A stretch of 39,663 nt of DNA, taken from the sequence record DRR723986_10959. The stretch is one strand, 5' to 3'. The notes under the pieces were generated by a model. That model saw only the letters and a program-made list of their open reading frames with translations. It had not been told where the DNA came from and made no database searches. The position numbers and the translations under genes are program-made. Below, piece after piece: positions 9,538 through 18,197 of the stretch. Positions within the stretch are counted from its first letter, which is position 1; every line of letters starts with the position of its first letter.

Positions 9538-9563
9538 GATATATGGATTAATTCGTTAAACAA

Positions 9564-9827
9564 TTACTTCATCAAATCAGCAACATAAGGTAAAATAGCT
9601 AAGTGTCTAGCTCTTTTTACTGCCTTATTTACTTTCTTTTGGAATTTTTGTGAAGTTCCAGTTACTCTTCTTGGTAAAATCTTACCTTGTTCGTTGATGA
9701 ACTTTAATAAGAAATCTGGATTTTTATAATCTATATATTTGATTCCACTTTTCTTGAAACGACAGTATTTGTCTTTTTTAATTTCAATGTTGATGGGAGT
9801 TAAATATCTAATATCTGATTGTGCCAT
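9564..9827 (-). CDS. rpsR: 30S ribosomal protein S18
   Basis: [26 protein letters not shown]...[11 protein letters not shown]. Confidence 0.98.
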   Translation of the reverse strand: MAQSDIRYLTPINIEIKKDKYCRFKKSGIKYIDYKNPDFLLKFINEQGKILPRRVTGTSQKFQKKVNKAVKRARHLAILPYVADLMK

Positions 9828-9852
9828 TTTATAAATTTCAATTAATTAAACA

Positions 9853-10191
9853 CTACGCTTCAGCTTTCGCCGCGTTTCTAGTTTTTTCAGCAAATGCAAC
9901 GTGATCTTTCTCCATTCTTACAGTTAAGAATCTCATGATTCGCTCATCTCTTTTAAATTCAACCTCTAATTTCTTAATTAGAGTTCCGTCGTTTTCAAAT
10001 TCAACTAAATTGTAAAAGCCAGTCGATTTCTTTTGGATTTGATAAGCAAGCTTTTTCAATCCCCAGAATTCGTTGTGTTTAATTTTACCACCATTTTTAG
10101 TGATATAATCTTCATAGACTTTTACTGCTTCCTTTGCCTGTTCTTCAGACAAAACGGGAGTTAAAATGAAAACAGTTTCGTACCTATTCAT
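9853..10191 (-). CDS. rpsF: 30S ribosomal protein S6
   Basis: YETVFILTPVLS...WGLKKLAYQI...DERIMRFL. Confidence 0.98.
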   Translation of the reverse strand: MNRYETVFILTPVLSEEQAKEAVKVYEDYITKNGGKIKHNEFWGLKKLAYQIQKKSTGFYNLVEFENDGTLIKKLEVEFKRDERIMRFLTVRMEKDHVAFAEKTRNAAKAEA

Positions 10192-10216
10192 ATTTGTTTT
10201 TATTAAAATTAGGGTG

Positions 10217-10246
10217 CAAAGATACTGTTTTTATTCGGATTCCAAA
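10217..10246 (-). promoter_or_regulatory. Bacteroidota sigmaA promoter of rpsF
   Basis: Minus strand: TTTG (10246-10243), 18 nt, TATCTTTG (10224-10217). Confidence 0.75.
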
Positions 10247-10339
10247 GGATTTTTGTGTAATTCCGAATTTTTTGAATTCTAGAAGCCCTAATGTTAATAA
10301 ATCTCCTTCAATTGCTCACAAATTTGAGCGTAGAATAGA

Positions 10340-10347
10340 TATATTTG
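10340..10347 (+). promoter_or_regulatory. -7 element upstream of dnaX
   Basis: TATATTTG matches TAnnTTTG and ends 16 nt before ATG 10364. No well-spaced -33 element. Confidence 0.5.
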
Positions 10348-10363
10348 TCTATCAATTTTGAGT

Positions 10364-11485
10364 ATGAGTAATTTCGTAGTATCTGCAAGAAAATATAGAC
10401 CCCAAACATTCGATTCTGTAGTAGGACAAGGTGCTATCACCACTACCCTTAAAAACGCGATCAAGAATGATCATTTGGCTCAAGCCTTTTTATTTTTTGG
10501 GTCAAGAGGAGTTGGAAAAACGACTACTGCTCGAATTTTAGCCAAAACACTAAACTGTCTCAATCTAGGTGATAATATTGAACCTTGTAATGAATGTGAA
10601 TCGTGCACTTCGTTTAATGAAGGACACTCGTTTAATATTTTAGAGTTAGATGCGGCTTCAAACAATTCAGTTGATGATATTCGAAATTTAATTGACCAGG
10701 TTCGAATCGCGCCTCAAATAGGAAAACATAAAATCTTTATCATTGATGAGGTTCATATGCTATCTACCTCAGCCTTTAATGCTTTTTTAAAGACCCTTGA
10801 AGAGCCGCCAGAACATGCTGTTTTTATTCTAGCAACAACCGAAAAACACAAGATTTTACCAACCATTTTATCGCGTTGTCAGATTTTCGATTTTCACAGA
10901 ATTCAAATCAATGACATTGTTGGACACTTGATGAAAATTGCCAAGAACGAAAAAATTAAGGTTGAAGAGAAAGGATTGCACGTCATTGCACAAAAAGCTG
11001 ATGGCGCCTTAAGAGATGCGCTCTCCATTTTTGACCAAATCGTTTCTTTTTCTAACAATAATGTGAGTTACGAGGCTGTTCTTCAAAATTTAAATGTTCT
11101 TGATTACGAATACTATTTTAAAATCACTGATTTTTCATTGGAAGGAAACATACCTGAAAATCTGTTGATTTACAATGAAATTTTAGAACACGGATTTGAC
11201 GGAAGTCAATTCGTTTTAGGTCTGGCAGAACATTTACGTAACCTACTTGTCTGTAAGGACCCTAAAACTCTTGATTTGTTGGATATCCCGGGAGACTTGA
11301 AACAGAATTATCTAGATCAATCTGCTAAATGTTCACAAGACTTATTAATGACGGGAATTGATTTAATGCGCGCAACAGAATCAAATTACAAGGCAAGCAA
11401 GAATAAACGACTACATGTCGAATTATGCTTAATGAAAATGAGCAGCATTGCATCTACACTAACCCAAAAACAAGCGGTATCTTAA
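10364..11485 (+). CDS. dnaX: DNA polymerase III gamma/tau, N-terminal (gamma-length) part
   Basis: ARKYRPQTF, Walker A GSRGVGKT, Zn cysteines, IIDEVHML, LKTLEEPP and SRC. ATG 10364 preferred over TTG 10358. Confidence 0.96.
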   Translation: MSNFVVSARKYRPQTFDSVVGQGAITTTLKNAIKNDHLAQAFLFFGSRGVGKTTTARILAKTLNCLNLGDNIEPCNECESCTSFNEGHSFNILELDAASNNSVDDIRNLIDQVRIAPQIGKHKIFIIDEVHMLSTSAFNAFLKTLEEPPEHAVFILATTEKHKILPTILSRCQIFDFHRIQINDIVGHLMKIAKNEKIKVEEKGLHVIAQKADGALRDALSIFDQIVSFSNNNVSYEAVLQNLNVLDYEYYFKITDFSLEGNIPENLLIYNEILEHGFDGSQFVLGLAEHLRNLLVCKDPKTLDLLDIPGDLKQNYLDQSAKCSQDLLMTGIDLMRATESNYKASKNKRLHVELCLMKMSSIASTLTQKQAVS

Positions 11486-12123
11486 GTTATAGAGAAATAG
11501 AAATATTGCCTTACCCGGGTCAAAACGAACCTAAGGAATTAAAACCTGCTGTGAAAGAGGCTAAAGTAGCTGTTCAAAGTCACACAAGTTATTCCAAACC
11601 TGAGGCATCTGTGACCGCCGCTCCTGTTGAACGGAAAAAGACGATTCAGCTCTCTGGTGCGAAATTGAGCTCTAAGAATCTGGGTATTGAGTCAATCCTT
11701 AATCCTAAGCAGAAAAAATCTAACAACCAAAAATCAAGTATCCTTCAAGAAAAGAATGAAAAATATTCACCAGATGAATTTGATCATGCTTGGAAGGAAT
11801 TTGCTTTAGGAGTTAAAAGAGAAAAGAAAGACAGCTTGTTTACCACTTTAATGAGTTGCGAAAAGAATGTGGATTCGCAGCACATGATAAAGATGTTAAT
11901 TCAAAATACGATTCAAGAAACTGAATTAGACTTGATAAAAGGCGATTTAGTTCGCTTTTTAAGAGAGAAACTACAAAATACCAATATTGATTTAAGCTAT
12001 ACCATAACCGAAACAAAATCGGTAGCTGTGATGGATAGCAAAGGTACTTTTGATAAGCTTGCAGAAGAAAATAGCTCCCTAAACAAGTTCAGGAAGCTAT
12101 TCAATTTAGATATAGAGTTTTAA
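11425..12123 (+). CDS. Probable DnaX tau linker and C-terminal part, in the -1 frame relative to the upstream ORF
   Basis: Overlaps the dnaX 3' end. Low-complexity K/P/A/S linker followed by a folded domain ending DKLAEENSSLNKFRKLFNLDIEF, resembling Bacteroidota tau C-termini. True start or frameshift point unknown. Confidence 0.7.
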   Translation: MLNENEQHCIYTNPKTSGILSYREIEILPYPGQNEPKELKPAVKEAKVAVQSHTSYSKPEASVTAAPVERKKTIQLSGAKLSSKNLGIESILNPKQKKSNNQKSSILQEKNEKYSPDEFDHAWKEFALGVKREKKDSLFTTLMSCEKNVDSQHMIKMLIQNTIQETELDLIKGDLVRFLREKLQNTNIDLSYTITETKSVAVMDSKGTFDKLAEENSSLNKFRKLFNLDIEF

Positions 12124-12444
12124 TTATTTTTTGGCTCCTAGCATTTCATCTGGATTGGCAGATACTGATGCTTTTTCCACTCTCAATTTCCCAGCTCCTT
12201 CAGTTAAAATCAATACGGTATTCTCATTAATTTCTAATACTTTTCCGTGAATTCCACCAGTGGTTACTATTTTATCACCTGTAGCTAAACCTTCTCTGAA
12301 CGCTTTGGCTTCTTTTGATCTTTTGATTTGTGGACGTAACATGAAAAAGTAAAATACCAATCCAATTAAACCAAACATTAAAATTTGATTCATAAACATT
12401 CCTTCTGGCGCTTTTTCAGCCAATAACATAAATTCCATTTTCAT
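12124..12444 (-). CDS. yajC: Preprotein translocase subunit YajC
   Basis: VFYFFMLRPQ...GDKIVTTGGIHG. Confidence 0.95.
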   Translation of the reverse strand: MKMEFMLLAEKAPEGMFMNQILMFGLIGLVFYFFMLRPQIKRSKEAKAFREGLATGDKIVTTGGIHGKVLEINENTVLILTEGAGKLRVEKASVSANPDEMLGAKK

Positions 12445-12446
12445 AA

Positions 12447-12878
12447 TTATTTTCTTTTTACCACTCCTGTCAATGTTAATTCTGACAATGAGGGATTCGT
12501 ATTTGCTTCAACTCTTACGTTTTTTCTCACATTTCCAATTCTATCTTGAGAATCAAAAACTACTTTTATTTCACCTGTTCCTCCTGGCTCAATTGGATTT
12601 TTTGGCCAATCTTCTGGAACTGTACATCCACATGAACCTTTTACATTGACCAATATCAAATTTTGATCCCCAGTGTTTTTAAATTTAAAGGTGTGTCTTA
12701 CCTGTTCGCCTTCCTCAACAATTCCAAAATCGTAGTCCATTTTTTCAAATGACATTTCAGTGGGATTATCAATATAAGCCGCGTAATCTGTTCTTCTTTG
12801 ATCTGTATCAGTTTCACTGTTAGAAGTACAAGCAAATCCGAATAAAAGTAAACCGATATAAACTATCATTTTTTTCAT
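12447..12878 (-). CDS. DUF1573 domain lipoprotein
   Basis: Lipobox GFAC, YDFG...FKFKNTG...SCGCTVP...PIEPG. Usual position between nusB and yajC. Confidence 0.88.
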   Translation of the reverse strand: MKKMIVYIGLLLFGFACTSNSETDTDQRRTDYAAYIDNPTEMSFEKMDYDFGIVEEGEQVRHTFKFKNTGDQNLILVNVKGSCGCTVPEDWPKNPIEPGGTGEIKVVFDSQDRIGNVRKNVRVEANTNPSLSELTLTGVVKRK

Positions 12879-12884
12879 ATTCTA

Positions 12885-13838
12885 TTAATTTATTAGTCCT
12901 CTTCCTATTTTCTTTAGTTTTCCGTCTTTTTCCAGCATATCTACTGCTTTATCTAAAATCCCATTGATGAAAACTTGGCTCTTTGGGGTGCTATAGAATT
13001 TAGATATTTCAATGTATTCATTCAATGTCACCTTTTTTGGAATAGATGGAAGCTCTGTTAATTCAGTCAAAGCCATTTTCAACAAAATGATATCCATTTT
13101 CGCAATTCTATCCAATTCCCAATTCTGAGTTAGTTCGTCAATGAGTTTTGCATTTCCATCATCTTTTTTAATGGTTTGGCGAATTAACTTTTGAATGAAA
13201 TCCTTTTCGTCATCCCCTTCTTTATACAAAGGAAGAATCGCATCATTTTCAGTTGAGTCTTCTTTTACTCCCTTGATTGTTTTTAATACCATTGAGCAAA
13301 TCAAATCAATATCATCTAGCCAATAAATACTTTCATTCTCAAAAAAGTCATGCAACAACGAAAAGTTTGCGATTTCTTGTTTAAAAATATCAATCGCAAA
13401 TTTCTTTTGGATTTCGAAATTGGTCTCTTCCAACGCCATATACTCCTCAAAAGCTGGAGTTTCAGAGATATGCACGAACAATTTTCTCATGAGATCATTC
13501 TTCACAGCACCACCCCAATTGATCTTTAAATTTTCAGAATTCTTTCTCAGCTCAATATTATTGGCAAAGTGCTTGAATATGGCGTTATCAACAAAATTTC
13601 TGTTTGGAGTTAGATCTTCCTCTGAAGGTCTGATTTTTCTTTGTCTGTCTTCAATTCTTCGCTCAGCAAAAGTCACAACTTCTTCAAAGGATAACAAAAA
13701 GTATAAGTACAACTCATACATTTTATCAATCGATCGAATCAGTTCTTTTTCAGCCGCATGAGGTTCTTTGTTCTCAGTCTGAAAATAAGCGTATAAAATT
13801 TGTAGTACCTTAATTCTAAGGTGTCTTCTGTTGAGCAT
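12885..13838 (-). CDS. nusB: Transcription antitermination factor NusB (long Bacteroidota form)
   Basis: MLNRRHLRIKVLQ...NWELDRIA...VTLNEYIEISKFYSTPKSQVFINGILD. Confidence 0.95.
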   Translation of the reverse strand: MLNRRHLRIKVLQILYAYFQTENKEPHAAEKELIRSIDKMYELYLYFLLSFEEVVTFAERRIEDRQRKIRPSEEDLTPNRNFVDNAIFKHFANNIELRKNSENLKINWGGAVKNDLMRKLFVHISETPAFEEYMALEETNFEIQKKFAIDIFKQEIANFSLLHDFFENESIYWLDDIDLICSMVLKTIKGVKEDSTENDAILPLYKEGDDEKDFIQKLIRQTIKKDDGNAKLIDELTQNWELDRIAKMDIILLKMALTELTELPSIPKKVTLNEYIEISKFYSTPKSQVFINGILDKAVDMLEKDGKLKKIGRGLIN

Positions 13839-13842
13839 TATG

Positions 13843-14940
13843 TTATAAAGGTAATTTTACTTTTCCGATTGCTGAAATTCGTTCTTCAGCCATTTTGTTC
13901 GCAATTTTATAAGTAGGTGTTCCGTCCGCGTTCGAACGGTTAATAATTTCTAATGTTCTATCGTAAATTTCTGATGCTTTGCTCATAGCCCACTCTGAAC
14001 TTAAGCCTTTCACTTCAGCATAGCAGTTAATTACTCCTCCAGCATTCAACATAAAATCAGGAACGTAAACCATTCCTTTTTCACGAACGATTTCTCCGTG
14101 AATTGATTCATCCGCTAGTTGGTTGTTGGCCGCACCAGCGATAATTGAGCACTTTAATTGAGCAAGCGTATTGTCATTAACAGTGGCACCTAGAGCACAT
14201 GGCGCATAAATATCCATGTCAATTCCATAAATTTCATCTAATCCAACTACAGTCGCACCGTACTCATTTGAAACTCTTTTTAAAGTGTCTTCATGAATAT
14301 CTGAGATAAAGATCTGGGCGCCCTCATCTTTAAGGTGTTTTACTAAATACTCTCCAACGTGTCCAACGCCTTGAACCGCAACTTTTTTACCTGAAAGAGA
14401 ATCTGACCCGTATTGTAATTTCGCAGCTGCTTTCATCCCCATATAACAACCATAAGCTGTCACTGGTGATGGATCTCCAGATTTTCCTGGTAAACCAACC
14501 ACATTATTTGTTTCCATATTCACCCAAGTCATGTCCTGAGGAGAAATTCCTACATCTTCTGCAGTAATGTATTTACCACCTAAACTTTCAACAAATTTTC
14601 CAAATCTTCTGAATAAAGCCTCTGACTTTTGTTTTCTGGCATCCCCAATAATTACGGCTTTACCACCTCCCAAATTCAATCCTGAAATTGAATTTTTATA
14701 AGTCATTCCTCTTGACAATCTTAAAACATCATTCAATGCTTCTAATTCATTGTTATATGCCCACATTCTTGTTCCACCTAATGCTGGACCGAGAGTTGTG
14801 TTATGAACTGCGATTATAGCTTTTAGCCCAGTTGCATTATCATTACAAAATAATAATTGCTCATGGTTATATTTAGACATGCGCTCTACGACAGGATTTT
14901 CTGCCAGTGCCGTTTCTTTAATATCTTTTACTTCGAACAT
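13843..14940 (-). CDS. ldh: Leu/Phe/Val dehydrogenase
   Basis: LGPALGGTRM, LSRGMTYK, GGGKAVI, YITAEDVG, QGVGHVG and GAANNQL. Confidence 0.92.
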   Translation of the reverse strand: MFEVKDIKETALAENPVVERMSKYNHEQLLFCNDNATGLKAIIAVHNTTLGPALGGTRMWAYNNELEALNDVLRLSRGMTYKNSISGLNLGGGKAVIIGDARKQKSEALFRRFGKFVESLGGKYITAEDVGISPQDMTWVNMETNNVVGLPGKSGDPSPVTAYGCYMGMKAAAKLQYGSDSLSGKKVAVQGVGHVGEYLVKHLKDEGAQIFISDIHEDTLKRVSNEYGATVVGLDEIYGIDMDIYAPCALGATVNDNTLAQLKCSIIAGAANNQLADESIHGEIVREKGMVYVPDFMLNAGGVINCYAEVKGLSSEWAMSKASEIYDRTLEIINRSNADGTPTYKIANKMAEERISAIGKVKLPL

Positions 14941-14979
14941 AAATGAGGTGGTTTACATTATTATACTAAATCTTAATAC

Positions 14980-14987
14980 TAACTTTG
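14980..14987 (+). promoter_or_regulatory. -7 element for the ABC transporter operon
   Basis: TAACTTTG. Confidence 0.55.
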
Positions 14988-15025
14988 ACCAGATTTTAGG
15001 CCTCTAGCTTATCGTTAGGCAGGCA

Positions 15026-15033
15026 CAAAAGTA
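15026..15033 (-). promoter_or_regulatory. -7 element for the ldh-nusB operon
   Basis: Minus strand TACTTTTG. Confidence 0.55.
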
Positions 15034-15044
15034 CTAAATTTTAA

Positions 15045-16814
15045 ATGTCTTCATTATCCTATTTAAATAAATATTTGATCAAATATAAATGGCATCTCAT
15101 ACTAGGGGTGGTTTTTATTATTGGCCAAAATATTTTCAAAATTGAGATGCCGGGTATTCTAAGAGACGCGGTGAATGAAATTATATTGGATGAAGGACCT
15201 AATAAAGGAGCAACGCCTCTAGTTAAAGGTCTAAAAGCATCCGGACTTTTTGTACTTTTTTCGGTAATTGCGGGTGTATTTCTTTTCTTGCAAAGACAAA
15301 CAATCATCAGAACATCAAGATACATTGAATACGATTTAAAAAACGAAATATACCAGCAATATCAAAGGCTGTCTTTTAATTTCTATAAGAAAAACTCTAC
15401 TGGAGATTTGATGAACAGAATTTCTGAAGATGTCTCCAAGGTTAGAATGTATTTAGGTCCAGCAATTATGTATACCATTAATTTGGTGTTTCTATTTGCC
15501 TTTGCACTCTACAAAATGTTGTCCACCAACCCTGAACTTACCATGTATGTGTTGGCGCCGCTTCCAATCATGTCGATTCTTATTTATTTTGTAAGTAGTA
15601 TTCTAAATAAGAAGAGCGAAAAGGTTCAAAAACAACAATCGTATTTATCGACTATTGTACAAGAAACTTTCTCCGGCATCAGGGTAATTAAATCGCATGT
15701 TAAGGAGGCTGAAACTGAAGAAAGATTTAATGCTGAAGCCCAAGAATACAAGAGTCTATCCATGAATTTGGTGAGAACTCAAGCTTTTTTCATGCCGACA
15801 ATTGTTTTATTGATTGGTGTAAGTACTATTCTAACAGTTTATGTTGGAGGTTTGCAAGCACAGGCTGGAATTATTAAGCCAGGAGAAATTGCTGAGTTTG
15901 TGATCTATGTGAATTTATTGACTTGGCCGTTTGCTTCTGTAGGTTGGGTAACTTCTTTGGTACAACGTGCCGCGGCATCCCAAAAAAGAATCAATGAATT
16001 TTTGAATGAAGAAACTGAGATCTACTCTAAAACTGATACTCCATTCAGTTTCAAAAATGAAATTCAATTCGACAATGTAAAATTGACATTTGAAAACTCA
16101 GGAGTTGAAGCAATTAAAGGCCTGAACTTTACTGCTAAGAAAGGCCAAACAATAGGAATAATAGGCAAAACAGGATCTGGCAAATCTAGTTTGGCTTATT
16201 TAATCATGCGATTAATTGATCCCACTTCTGGAAAAATAATGGTTGATGGGATTGAGTTATCTGAAGTGAATTTAGAAGATTGGAGAAAACACCTAGGTTA
16301 TGTTCCACAAGAACATTTTTTATTTTCTGACACCATCAAAAACAACATTGCATTTGGTGTAGATGCTGATAAAATTTCTGATGAACAAATCATTGCAGCA
16401 GCAAAATCTGCTGGAATTCATGAAAACATTATGAACTTCCCAAATCAATATGAAACAAGATTGGGTGAAAGAGGTATTAACTTATCAGGAGGTCAGAAAC
16501 AACGAATTTCAATTGCGCGTGCTTTAATCAAAAAACCAGAAATTTTGGTGTTAGATGATTGCTTGTCTGCTGTGGATAATGAAACTGAGGAAATCATACT
16601 GAGTTCAATCAAAGAAAATTTGGTGGATAAAACTGCCTTTATCATCTCACACCGAATTTCGAGCATTAAATATGCGGATACTATATTGGTGATGGAAGAT
16701 GGAAAAATTATTCAAAACGGGAATCATGAATCCTTAATTGCGCAAGAGGGGCAGTACAAAGTAATTTTTGAGAAACAAGAATTACAAAATGAAAACGATC
16801 AATTATCATCATGA
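15045..16814 (+). CDS. ABC exporter, fused TMD-NBD (MdlA/MsbA-like)
   Basis: Multi-TM N-terminal half, Walker A GKTGSGKS, signature LSGGQKQR, degenerate Walker B LDDCLSAVD. Confidence 0.92.
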   Translation: MSSLSYLNKYLIKYKWHLILGVVFIIGQNIFKIEMPGILRDAVNEIILDEGPNKGATPLVKGLKASGLFVLFSVIAGVFLFLQRQTIIRTSRYIEYDLKNEIYQQYQRLSFNFYKKNSTGDLMNRISEDVSKVRMYLGPAIMYTINLVFLFAFALYKMLSTNPELTMYVLAPLPIMSILIYFVSSILNKKSEKVQKQQSYLSTIVQETFSGIRVIKSHVKEAETEERFNAEAQEYKSLSMNLVRTQAFFMPTIVLLIGVSTILTVYVGGLQAQAGIIKPGEIAEFVIYVNLLTWPFASVGWVTSLVQRAAASQKRINEFLNEETEIYSKTDTPFSFKNEIQFDNVKLTFENSGVEAIKGLNFTAKKGQTIGIIGKTGSGKSSLAYLIMRLIDPTSGKIMVDGIELSEVNLEDWRKHLGYVPQEHFLFSDTIKNNIAFGVDADKISDEQIIAAAKSAGIHENIMNFPNQYETRLGERGINLSGGQKQRISIARALIKKPEILVLDDCLSAVDNETEEIILSSIKENLVDKTAFIISHRISSIKYADTILVMEDGKIIQNGNHESLIAQEGQYKVIFEKQELQNENDQLSS

Positions 16815-17281
16815 AAAAGAAATGGCCCTTAACGGATGAGCGTTTTTTTGGTATAGGAATATACCGTCCAAAAACAAGTCATAACATTGGAACTTTATGG
16901 CGTACGGCTTACATTTTAGGAGCTCAGTTCATTTTCATAATAGACGGTAAATACAACGGCCAAACATCCGACACCCAAAAAACCTGGTCTAAAATTCCGT
17001 TTTATAAATATGATGATTTCGACCATTTTTATAAGTCTCTACCCCACTCTTGTCAACTAGTTGGAGCAGAAATTTGTGATAATTCAACTCCTATTCGTAA
17101 CTTTGTGCACCCTGATCGAGCGGCCTACTTATTAGGAGCTGAGGATACGGGTTTACCTGAAAAGGTTTTAAATAGATGCCACAAACTCGTTGCTTTACCA
17201 GGCGAAAGCTCGTTAAATGTATCGGTAAGTGGAAGTATTTTAATATTTGATAGAATAAATAAACAAGCAATTGAAGACTGA
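16811..17281 (+). CDS. SpoU/TrmH family RNA methyltransferase
   Basis: [17 protein letters not shown] and [15 protein letters not shown] motifs. Confidence 0.88.
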   Translation: MKKKWPLTDERFFGIGIYRPKTSHNIGTLWRTAYILGAQFIFIIDGKYNGQTSDTQKTWSKIPFYKYDDFDHFYKSLPHSCQLVGAEICDNSTPIRNFVHPDRAAYLLGAEDTGLPEKVLNRCHKLVALPGESSLNVSVSGSILIFDRINKQAIED

Positions 17282-18101
17282 AAGAGAAGCGACAGAAGAA
17301 CGATTAAACCGTAAAATCAAAAAGACGGTTTGGAATGCCATCAATGATTACAATATGATTGAAGATGGTGATCGTATTATGGTTTGTATGTCTGGAGGAA
17401 AAGACAGTTATGCCATGTTGGATATTCTAATGCAAATCCAAAAAGCTTCTGTATTCAACTTTGAACTGATAGCTGTTAATTTGGATCAAAAGCAACCCGG
17501 CTTCCCCGAAGAAGTTTTACCTAATTATTTTGAGTCGGTTGGCGTTGAGTACGAAGTAGTAGAAAGAGATACTTACTCAATTGTTAAGGAGAAAACTCCA
17601 GAAGGAAAAACTACCTGCAGCTTGTGCTCTCGTTTAAGAAGAGGAACGTTATATACTGCTGCAGAGCGTTTGGGCTGTAATAAGCTGGCCTTAGGTCATC
17701 ATAGAGATGATATTTTAGAAACGTTTTTCTTAAACCTGTTTTTCGCTGGAAAAATTGAGACCATGCCAGCCAAATACAAAACCAATGATGATCGTTTTGT
17801 AATACTACGACCATTGGCTTTTGTCAAAGAGGCACAAATAAAACAACTTTTAGAGTTCAGAAATTACCCGATAATTCCTTGTACTTTATGTGGAGCTCAA
17901 CCCAACCTTCAACGTCAGGTTGTGAAAAAAATGCTTCAAACTTGGGATGAAGCTTATCCTGGTCGTTCAGAGATCATGTTTACTGCATTAAAAAACATCT
18001 CTCCTACTCATATGCTTGATGAAAGCTTGTTTGATTTCAAAAACCTACAATCAAAACTCGTAGGTGAAATGAAAGCTGGAACAGAGTTTGAAATGATGTA
18101 A
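17271..18101 (+). CDS. ttcA: tRNA 2-thiocytidine(32) synthetase
   Basis: PP-loop [33 protein letters not shown] and CTLCG. TTG start overlaps the upstream gene. Confidence 0.93.
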   Translation: MKTEREATEERLNRKIKKTVWNAINDYNMIEDGDRIMVCMSGGKDSYAMLDILMQIQKASVFNFELIAVNLDQKQPGFPEEVLPNYFESVGVEYEVVERDTYSIVKEKTPEGKTTCSLCSRLRRGTLYTAAERLGCNKLALGHHRDDILETFFLNLFFAGKIETMPAKYKTNDDRFVILRPLAFVKEAQIKQLLEFRNYPIIPCTLCGAQPNLQRQVVKKMLQTWDEAYPGRSEIMFTALKNISPTHMLDESLFDFKNLQSKLVGEMKAGTEFEMM

Positions 18102-18197
18102 ACATTACAATTAACAAGGGTTTCAAGCCATAATTACCCCTCGTTTTCTTTTACAAGTTGAATTCATTACATTTACGCTAATTGTAAACCTACACTT

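Noticed and set aside
9564-10216. No ssb/priB between rpsF and rpsR, Zn-less S18, and a possible S6:S18 leader or SD on rpsR
   Set aside because: The gene order and S18 type are normal for Bacteroidota. The predicted leader is only about 20 nt and no SD or leader structure is visible.
11509-11537. Hairpin as a dnaX frameshift stimulator
   Set aside because: It is weak and bulged, and lies about 38 nt from the A-run, too far for a standard 3' stimulator.
18114-18152. Possible terminator after ttcA
   Set aside because: Only a short imperfect stem with a long loop, so it is not convincing.
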